Assembly (NCBI RefSeq): GCF_000400465.1
Contig: NW_008806274.1
Coordinates: 390,244 to 422,243 of the forward strand
From: Wallemia ichthyophaga EXF-994
Lineage: Eukaryota; Fungi; Basidiomycota
Direction of reading: 5' to 3'
Length of the DNA: 32,000 bases
The stretch's first letter is position 1. Every line of letters begins with the position of its first letter. A program made the position numbers and the translations under genes. The notes below the pieces were generated by a model. It saw nothing but the letters and a program-made list of their open reading frames with translations, searched no databases and was not told where the DNA came from. Of the stretch, positions 23,183 through 32,000 are shown in pieces.

Positions 23183-25058
23183 TTAAGCTTTCTCCATTAA
23201 ATCTCTCATTTCATTGGCAGACTCTGTAAGGCAGTGGCCAAGCTCCTTGCCTTCTCCGTTAGTGCACGTGATGGTCCACCTTATCGACTTGTCCTGAATG
23301 GCGTAACCCAAACCAAATCCATCCGGAGTAACTTCACTGAATCCCCAGCCATCGAATAGTGGTGAGCTGAGTTGTGATGTACTCAATTCCCACTTGCTCG
23401 ATCTCGCCAATGCTGCATCTTTCAATGCGGGGTGAATATCTTCACCTTGCTCAATGCAATTTTTGAGACCGTAGATATGTCTATCTACTGCTACTCCATT
23501 GGCTGCCCATCCTGCATATTTCAGGTGACGTTTTGCTGCTGCGTGGAGTGCGCTAATGCGATCGGCATCCTGATTACATCTAGTGAGCTTAATTAATCGT
23601 AAAACACTCCAGCTCACACTCGCATTAACATCTCTCATTAGATGCACAAATTTTGTACTTTCATTCGAAGTTGGACGAATAACTTCAGTGCGTCCATACA
23701 GGAACTTGCGGGTCTGGCAACTCTCGTAAACCCCAGGTGCACGTCCACGTAGCTTCCAGAATGCGAGTTGTTTGATCATTTGTACCCAAGCATCTGGAGA
23801 TATCTTGTTTGATTTGATGAGATTAGCACCGTAGCCATCGTATTGAATTACCTATAATGAGCGGATTAGAGGGGTTTATGTAATAAATGGCCTCTTACAT
23901 CCATAGTGTGAGCACCCATTATAGCGTCGTGATGCTTCTCTGCGTTGGTGATGTAATCAAGTGCCTTTGAATCAAGTTCAAATGGCAATTCCTCAACATC
24001 GGACTGCTTAACAGAACTCTTCTCACCAAGCGTAATCTTCTTGCTAGCTAAAGTGCCCATAATAAACTCATTAAGACGAAGAGTGATCATACCGTCCATA
24101 GTGGAATGTTCAGCGTTGAATGCTGATTTACCGTTCTTGTAAACGATTACTAGTGAGAGTGTTATAACGCGGGTAAAAACAATTCTGAAAACTCACTTTG
24201 ATGCTTATCAAACCATCTATTACGGCCGTCACCAACCCAAGCACCCCAGCTAGCCTTATCACGGCTTATAGGAGAAGAACTATCGAGAGCAACAATTAAA
24301 GCAGCAGAATCGATTTGTTTGAGTGAGTTTGAATTTGAATTTGAGAGGGATTGAATGTGTTGACGTGCATCTGACCAAGTGTCTCTGTTTTCGGTGGTGA
24401 GAGCACCAACAGCATCACCAGTTCTATCGTATGAGATTTTTATAATGTGATCAAGTTGTGATTCTAAATTATCAGAGTTATTAACGTCCAACTTGAAGAA
24501 TCTGTTATTTGATAAGACAACGACGTGTTGATTAGATTGGTCGAATTTGACAACTTTATCAGAATTCTTGAGTGGAACGCGTGAGCTATTGAATAAGAAT
24601 TGATAAGTTTCAGTACATAAAGGTGTACCTTTGATATTCTCAGGTTCAAGCTGTTCTGAATCAACGAGATGTTTAAAAGCAAGAGTAGCTTTGATAAGTG
24701 AAGCAGCAACAGTTGATTGATTGTTACCAATCAAATGACGATGATAAAAGTAGTAATTAGAGTATGGAGTAACTGGATCACGTGGTTCCAAGTAACCTTG
24801 AGAATTCCACCAATCAATCAGCCAATTCTCCTTCTTTGTAGATCTGTCAAGCAATCTCTGTTGAAGTGTAACCCCTTGGCCCGATTTGAAGTTGTCAACA
24901 AGCTGCTTTGACCTCTTCAACTCATCTGCATTGAGGAATGGCTCTGCAGATTCCAAATACTTTTCTAAAGTCTCCTCTAAAGCTGGAACGGGTAATCTAG
25001 GTAATTTAGATTGTTGCGCGTATAATTTCTTTGTCATTTGAGTGAGTGTTGAACGCAT
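23183..25058 (-). CDS. Carnitine O-acetyltransferase (Cat2-like), multi-exon
   Basis: LPRLPVPALEETLEKYL, NWLIDWW, VGALTTENRDTW, NRWFDK, AEHSTMDG, YESCQTRKFLYGRTE and GFSEVTPDGFGLGY. Confidence 0.92.
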
Positions 25059-25360
25059 TAGAGTGGGAATGTCATTAGCCGTTCGGATGAGCTGTTAATG
25101 TCAATCCGGCATTACCCGGTGGTCATGAGATTTATTTATTAGCTTAAGGCTACTTATTAAAACGCAAGTGAGTAACAGTAGCAGTAGCAGTAGCAGCAGC
25201 AATCACACCAGCAACATTACATCACCAAGAATTCAAACTTAATATATTATTTATTGATTGTTACTAATTTTAAATTTATTTAACGCGTTGTATATTTCCG
25301 TTAATTCGCGTGAAATCGCGTCTACACTTAGAACATCCATCAACCACCCACACAACAAAC

Positions 25361-26933
25361 ATGCAGACTATAAGTCTATCTGATGATGGAATCGAGCATA
25401 GAAAAGCTTTAGATAGCCTAAATTCTAAAATTATTAAATCTAGGCGAATAATCGTCGTATCTGGTGCAGGCATATCCTGTAGCTCTGGTATTCCGGATTT
25501 TAGATCAAAAGAAGGCTTATACGACCTCGTAAAGGACAAATTCTCAGGGAATCTATCTAAAGGTCAGGATTTATTCGACGCTCAACTTTTCAGAGACGCA
25601 TCGACAACCTCCTTCTTCTACTCGTTCATTGCTCAACTAAAATTAGCCTCCGATAGAGCACTTCCCTCCCCAACTCACAAGTTCTTTAAAAATTTGGAGA
25701 CAAAGGGTAGATTACTGCACTCGTACACTCAAAATGTAGACGGTTTGGAGCAACGCGTTGGTCTTAACAACCTCATCAACTTACACGGCTCTTTAAACCA
25801 AGTTAGATGCGCTAGTTGTTCTTTTGTTGGTGATATGTCCTCAGAATACCTTCAAGTCTTCGCAGGCGGTCAATCTCCAAAGTGTCCTCTATGCGCTCAA
25901 AGAGGTGCGTCATATTTCCCTTATTACCCCCCTTCTCACTCCTTCACAGCCACTGAAAGGAAAGCCCTCGGAAAAAGACCACTAGCTGTTGGCTGTTTAC
26001 GCCCAGGCATCGTTCTCTACAATGAAAACCATTGGTCGGGCGATTCTATTGCCAAAGCTCAATCCTCTGACGTGAAAAAGAAGCCTGATTGTGAGCTTCC
26101 TTTCTAAATACTCTACTTCATCTAACTCTCATCAAGTACTCATCGTCATGGGCACTTCACTCAAGGTTCACGGCCTTAAGCAGCTCGTTAAAGGCTTTTC
26201 AAGAACTATACATCAAAACAATCTAGAAGCGATCGGAAATTCACGCAAAACCACAGGCAGTGTCGTTTTTGTTAATGCTACTCCCGCAGCAGGCAAAGAA
26301 TGGTCGCAGGATTTTGATTATTTTGTCCATGGCACTTCGGATGAATTTGTCAACAAGCTAACGGAGCAATGGAAGTCAACCAGACCTCAAGACTGGCAAA
26401 TACAGACAACAATCACTCATGCACACAGATCTACCAAGAAGAATACCGTCAATGCAAAGAACACAGCAAAGTTACACGAAATACCTCCTCATAACGATGG
26501 CGCGGCTAACAAGTCAAGCATCAACTCAGTCAATTCCAACATGGGGTCTCCTCAACCGACAGTGACGGCACAATTGGCAGACCAAACATCATCTCCAGTA
26601 CTTAGCACACGTATAACCCAACCAATACAAGAAACCAATCACTTTCCACCCCTCCCGAACAAGTCAGACGTTTCACCCAGATCGAGAAAGAGGAAAACAA
26701 CGACTACGTCCACGATCAAGCGATCAGTATCATCAACGCAGAAGGGTATTGTGGATGTGAGCATTCTCAAGAAAAACAAGAGCGAGGACCTTTCACTTAA
26801 CTTTGATCTCAAGCTGGGTGATGGATCAGAAACCGAGCCTGAGGAAGATAATATTCCAGTACCAACGCCAACACCTTCTAACGCTAGAAGAAGCGTACGT
26901 ATTAGGAACTCCACTATAGCTGCTGCTGCATAA
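25361..26933 (+). CDS. NAD-dependent deacetylase, sirtuin class Ic (Hst3/Hst4-like)
   Basis: GAGISCSSGIPDFRS, YTQNVDGLE, LHGSL, CxxC...CxxC zinc site, LRPGIVLYNE and GTSLKVHG. Introns at 25905-25949 and near 26091-26136. Confidence 0.92.
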
Positions 26934-27229
26934 GCGCAGGTTGTATAAAACCAATCTACTTAATTCTGTACCATAGTGTAAATGATTAGTACAATTATAT
27001 TTTTTGTATATTGAAATCGTTTTTATCGATCGTATCACTGCAATCTCTTGCCTCAATTCCACTTATCATTTGCTATAAAAATTCTCACCATCATCATGAC
27101 TTGACTCTCAAATGGCTAAAAAGCTTTTGTAATAATTACAAATTTCCTGAACTACTAAGCATTCGACAGAGCAGCTGAGTTTATTTAAAAAAAAAAATAA
27201 ACTCATTGATGTTGATGTTGATGGAATCT

Positions 27230-27904
27230 AAATATATTGTTTAGATAGATAGAAATCATAATATATAGTCAAAAGTGTTACAACGATTAATAATCTCAAC
27301 CTATCTATACTACTTGTGCATTGAAAGCTGACGATTGTAACGACTCAAAGGGATGCGGTTCTTGGCATGTGTGCCGTAAATTGGGAGGTAACTACGTGGA
27401 GCTACGGGAGGCGCGCGGGTGGGTGCTGAGCTGGCTTTTAAAGAACTCGTAGAGAGCTTTGAGAGCTTCTTCATTTGAAAGCATATATTTCATCTCGAAC
27501 CTTAACCCCAATCCATATATCCTCCTCCTCAACGATAATCTTGCTTAATCGAACTTCCTAAATCTGAAAATCCTGTCTGTGATACTGTCTACTTCATTGC
27601 GCTTGCTACAAAGTGGTGAGTCGGACAGTTTGAGTCGGAATCGGTAAGACTTGGCAGTAGGGAAGTGGCCTGAGCGGATCTGTGTGGCCACACTTCGCGT
27701 GCCACGGGGAAGCTTGTTGAGCATCCTGGCCGCCTGTGTAGAAGTCATCCTACCCATTACTCTCTCTGTATCTTTCGACTCTGGTCCTGGTAAAATACGT
27801 GCATCTACTCTCAAGAGAGCAGTGTGTCGCTCGCGCAGGCGTCTATGGAAAGCGAAGAGAACCGGCTTGAGAGTGAAGTCAATAGGGATCAAATATATTG
27901 TTTA
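27230..27904. repeat. 14-bp target-site duplication AAATATATTGTTTA at 27230-27243 and 27891-27904
   Basis: Exact direct repeat directly bracketing the LINE fragment. Confidence 0.88.
27244..27890 (-). mobile_element. 5'-truncated non-LTR retrotransposon (LINE) fragment: ORF2 C-terminus plus 3' UTR
   Basis: TQIRSGHFP...SDSPLCSKRNEVDSITDRIFRF is a degenerate form of the QLRTGH plus CCHC zinc-knuckle end of fungal LINE ORF2. The frame continues past a TAA at 27545 to a TAG at 27392. The 3' end is CTATCTATC, and the element is flanked by a 14-bp direct repeat. Confidence 0.8.
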
Positions 27905-28099
27905 AGACGATACATGTTAAAACTGCGTCCATCAATACTTCTTAGAGCACGAGGAGTCAAAGTGGGTGTCCAATTAACTGGAAGCATTTCTTGACTAGCG
28001 TTGTAAAACTTTATTGAGAAATCTCCCAGCAATCTGCGTAATAAAACTTAATCGTTAATAATAAGAGACTGTTGTTACTTTTTCAAAACTTCAGTATAA

Positions 28100-28181
28100 G
28101 TCGATGTAGCTCAATTGGCGAGAGCGTACGACTGAAGTTGTTGCATTCGTAAGGTTGGGCGTTCGATTCGCCCCATCGACA
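28100..28181 (+). tRNA. tRNA-Phe(GAA) with an 8-nt intron (28138-28145)
   Basis: Acceptor stem GTCGATG/CATCGAC, D stem GCTC/GAGC, anticodon stem TACGA/TCGTA with CT-GAA-G, and T arm GGGCG-TTCGATT-CGCCC. TTTT at 28187-28190 is a likely Pol III terminator. Confidence 0.95.
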
Positions 28182-28342
28182 TGAACTTTTGCCTCTGAAC
28201 CAAATCTTCGAGGATCAATCTTTTTTTGTTAGCAGCTTCAGGCAATTTGTTTCTATTTCTTTGCACTCACTTCATTCTTTTAACACGATTGCATTAACAG
28301 ATTGGACATTACAGAATCAAGCTCAAGTGCCGCTAGCGCAAA

Positions 28343-30339
28343 TTATACAGTAAGTTGGATACTCTTGGTATACCCAGTGTCAGCAATACTATCACAGCAC
28401 TTGTGATAAAACTTAGTGTATACCTCTTGCTTTCTCAACTCCGCTTTCATATTTGACCTCTTGTAATAGTTCTCTAACGACTGACTGTATATGAGGTTCA
28501 GGAATGGCATACCAAAATTCTTCCCATTAGCCTGTTCAACCTTACCCATTTTCCTTGATATTGCGTACCCAGTTTGAATCATTTGCAGTGCCTGGTCTTC
28601 ATGTGAGTGTCTGAAAACTTCATTTAGCAGTGCAAACAGGAATGCACGTATGTAATTGTCATGTGATTGTGATGATAATGTCAATGACTGAGTGAAAAGA
28701 TGTTTCGATCTCGTTATTATACCCTTACTGAGGATCCCTTCAACCATCTTCATGATAGCATGAATGGATGGTGAGCATTGAACATATCTCATGCGCTCGT
28801 TCACAGCTTTTACAGCCTCATGATCGCATCTGTTCATTCCAACCTCTAAAGTCATCGCTGAAATCCTGGCTGTTACCTCCATCTCGTCATTCTGTAGTTC
28901 CTCTACATTGCTGCTATTCACATGAAATAAACTAGTAAATGTGTTCGCATTCTTCCCACACAATATTGCCACTGCTTCATAGTAATTCTTCGCTGCCTCT
29001 TCTTCGTTACTAGCTTGTAAAAGGAACCCTTCAAGCATTAGCAACCAAGGAGCCCACAGCTTCATCACTTTGTGCTCTCGCGCCAACTTAACCATTTCGA
29101 GTAGCTGTTCACGAGCATCTTCCATCTCTCTTCTCATAATGTGCACTTGAGCTGCAGAGCACCTGATTGCTAGCTCCACGTTCGAGCGGTCCGACTTGCT
29201 AACCTCAACTTCCGACCCTGCTTGATGATGGATACCACCTCCAATGTCATCTTTCATGAAAGCTAGTCCCTCTCTGACACAAATTAAAGATACCGGCATC
29301 GATCCAACTGGATCTTTATGCGTTATACAATTCAACACAAAGCTGAATTCTAGTATTTGTCTTTGATTCGGTGCTCGATACTTCACTTTGTCGACGCATC
29401 CGTTCACTTTCATCTAATGAGATTTGTGAGTCAACAGTGTCCACAATTTAAGCTAATTCTCACTTCAAAAAGACTTCCATGCCCACCGCAATTATGGACA
29501 AGCTCGTTTACTTCCTCCAAGCAACTCTTGGCCAATGTAGCCTCCGTGTTACGACCAGTGAAAATGGTTTTGACCATAAGAAGCACAAGGAGGATGTATG
29601 ACCGAACACCACTTTCCTTTCTGATAGACGGTTCTTTAATATCTTCATCCATTGCGTCTGGGTTGGATTGAGTACGAGTAGTCGCTTCTTCTTTCAGTGG
29701 CACATATCCAATCTCATTCTCCAGTTCCTCTATATTTGCAGCACAGCTTCTCCAATCCCCGCTGTGAGCCAATGAGCGAGCCAGCTCCACCAAAGCAAGT
29801 AAATGCAGATCGGCATCGTCATTCCTCTTAGCAGCTTCAATAACCGCTTTGAAATAATTAGTCGGATTGCTTGTGAGCTTAATAGCCAATAAATTGAATT
29901 GATAGAACCACTCCTGGCGCTTCTTCCTCTCGGCATCTTTGATAGCACGTTTGAGGAGGAATTGAGCGAATCTGAGATTCTTTGCAGAGGATATACGTAT
30001 ATGAAGTTCGTAAGCTTTGAAGAGATAGTCATCAAGGCTGTCGTCTTCGCTTGCTTTTGATAGCGCCCGGCCAGCTGTGTGCTCGGCGTCGGAGATATCA
30101 GTGGTATAGTCGTAGAGTGCTTGGCCCAGTCCCAATCTGGAGTTTAGCTCTTGCTGTGGAGCTAGCCCAGGTAAATCTAAGCTGGATTTGTAAGATAGAA
30201 TCGCGAGATAGCAGCAGTGTTGGTACTGAGAGACGAGATGCGTTTGACTATATAAAACTGCAGCAATTTCTTTACACTTGGTGTTATAGCCTTCTGCTAA
30301 AGCCAGTAGCCGCGAATGCTGCTGCCTCCTTTGTGCCAT
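28343..30339 (-). CDS. Cohesin loading factor Scc4/MAU2-like TPR-type protein, about 648 aa; exons 30339-29464 and 29413-28343
   Basis: The N-terminal pattern LLALAEGY...QELNSRLGLGQALYDYTTD..DAE...EWFYQF resembles the fungal cohesin-loader domain. A 50-nt GT-AG phase-0 intron at 29463-29414 joins the two track ORFs. Confidence 0.75.
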
Positions 30340-30710
30340 CTTGATAGTGAGTTAATAGGAGCTGTTTGGCAGTCGCAGAATGACAAGTAGTTTTTCAATT
30401 AAAAAATATTGGTTAGTGTAACAACGAAAACTATTAATACATCTAGCCTATGCCGTATTCGCAACTGATGAAAGACGCGTCAACTACGCTGAATACTTGA
30501 GCTAATTGGATGTTTGCGTAGGACACAGAACAGCAGAGGTGGGATATACTTTGAGTAATTATACATTTGAATCGATTGGCACACGAGTTTAATCTCACCT
30601 GCGTGCCTTCTTTTGGCTGTGTGACTTTGCTCAACATCATCAATAGATTTTACAGTGAATCAAAGGAATTAAGAGTCTTTTTGACACATCTAGCCGCTCT
30701 TGATTCGTTA

Positions 30711-30834
30711 GCCGCGTGACTAGGAACGAGGGTAGCCGGGTTGGCGAAACACAACAAACACAAGGCGCCAGTCACGTGATTATCGGCCGTCGCTGCGGTA
30801 TTTAAGCAGCCTACACACCCTTCCTCTTTTCCTT
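30711..30834 (+). promoter_or_regulatory. Putative Pol II promoter with no recognisable downstream protein gene
   Basis: CAGTCACGTG at 30769-30778 (E-box/HomolD-like), an inverted GCGTGAC at 30714-30720, TATTTAA at 30799 and a pyrimidine tract CCCTTCCTCTTTTCCTT at 30818-30834. Confidence 0.35.
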
Positions 30835-32000
30835 GCGGTTCGCCGTCTTGGGGGCTATAGTAAGGTGGGTATAGCCCTTCCCTGTAAATATTCTGCGCTA
30901 CTCTCAGTAAGCTTTATATCCACTTGTTTAACTCTCTCTGACCTTCAACAAAGACCTAGAAGGCCGTTTACATTTCGCTATGAGCATTAACCCTAGTACT
31001 TTGCTATCATCACTTGGTCTATCTAAACTTCACCAAAACGAGACAATCCAGACGATTATAACCTGAGCGGCCTGAATATCATTCAGAAGCAAATAGTTGT
31101 GCTAAAACCTTCACGATATCTATCTACTGATGCTTTTATTATCTGCTTAATATCTGAGTATACTCGACAACCTGCGAAGCAACAAAATCACTATAGCCTT
31201 GGACTTGCTTGTATCACCTCTCGCTTATAAGCTTGTAGCACTATAAATTTTCGTTCTGGTTTTCCTCTGGGCATTGTGAATGCGTGGTGAATCATGGCAT
31301 GTGGGAGTTTAGTAAGAGCCTAACCTAGCATCAAATTAGCCACTAGGCTTGGATGGTTTTTCCTATACGCGTCTATTCATTGAGCTATCTGTATCGAGTT
31401 AGTAAAAAGTCTCGAGCGGCTTTGAGACTGGTTAAGACGGGTTGAAGTATAAAAGTGTAAAAAACAACACCTAAATAAACACACTGAAATCTAAATGCTT
31501 CACAAATCCTCATTTATCTCACTTTACAGCATTACAATTGATAGTCGCATAACAGCAACAGCTCAGAGACTGCCGATCACTCACAAAACTCAACAGTAAG
31601 GACAAAATCAAGATAAATACATGCAAAATTTAATCTATCTGGCTTATCCCCTAATTCTCACCATATCACAAAAGTGAAGCACGTCGTCATCTCCAAATCG
31701 AGAATGGCATGCACAATGACGTATTCTTCATGACACTGTTATTAATGCAAACAAGAGCAATAATGGTTTTATTCTGTAGCGATTAATTGTGATATTAATT
31801 TGCGAGTGTATTTGTTGTGAAAAGCCTTGTGTGGCGCTCTGTAATTGTCTATTTAGATGTGGTATGCCTCTTGTAGAGCATTTTGGACCTTTTACAATTT
31901 CCGAACAGCCTACAGAGCGTGATTAGAGGCTCAGGGATATAATTCTGGTGACATCTTGTGTAACTCAATCACGGCTGTTTTTCAAGCTTCTTTATTTGGA

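Noticed and set aside
23161-23200. Cryptic peroxisomal PTS1 on carnitine acetyltransferase through stop read-through
   Set aside because: The gene ends MEKA*, and read-through gives NFVKSTI*, which is not an SKL-type signal.
25176-25200. (CAGTAG)n/(CAG)n microsatellite
   Set aside because: Short simple repeat, probably inside a 5' UTR intron-like stretch upstream of the sirtuin gene. No sign of function.
196-30339. Apparent cluster of chromatin and genome-maintenance genes (APN1, SPT2, SPT16, HST3/4-like, SCC4-like, CDC4-like)
   Set aside because: They are interspersed with unrelated metabolic and trafficking genes. These categories are common, so co-occurrence in 32 kb is plausibly chance without synteny data.
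30449-30478. MPYSQLMKDA resembles the SPT2 start MPSYSELIQMA
   Set aside because: The similarity stops after about 10 residues and is consistent with chance.
177-30643. The many short antisense or overlapping ORFs in the track (e.g. 177-527, 5739-5939, 14812-15084, 16819-17175, 20806-21264, 29357-29671)
   Set aside because: They are shadows of recognised genes on the opposite strand or in another frame, with no independent motifs.
30904-31012. Possible box C/D snoRNA on the minus strand (GTGATGA ... CTGA)
   Set aside because: No terminal stem, no convincing C'/D' boxes and no rRNA-complementary guide that I could recognise.

Overview
Eukaryotic, fungal DNA from a very compact genome with introns of about 45-55 nt and intergenic gaps often under 100 bp. 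The proteins look basidiomycete-like; a Wallemia-type genome is my inference and is not demonstrated. Gene order: PPM1 (partial), APN1, SPT2, CDC4-like F-box/WD40, an orphan ORF, a ribosomal-L1-domain protein, a p24 cargo receptor, MPE1, ILV2, SPT16, a Zn2Cys6 transcription factor, carnitine acetyltransferase, an HST3/4-type sirtuin, tRNA-Phe(GAA) and an SCC4/MAU2-like cohesin loader. Four structures are not explained by this housekeeping content. (1) A 1,566-bp inverted repeat, identical wherever I checked (1559-3124 / 3819-5384), surrounds a 694-bp AT-rich spacer. It duplicates most of SPT2 and lies beside a low-GC gene block, which resembles inverted-repeat centromere architecture; an assembly artefact must be excluded. 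(2) A full-length decayed SCC4 paralogue with a vestigial intron lies about 16 kb from the intact gene. (3) A 5'-truncated LINE with a perfect 14-bp target-site duplication sits about 195 bp upstream of the tRNA gene. (4) An ORF-poor region at 30.7-32 kb has promoter-like and intron-like signals and telomere-template-like motifs. Splice coordinates were derived by eye, and GC values are rough hand counts on sampled 60-nt lines.
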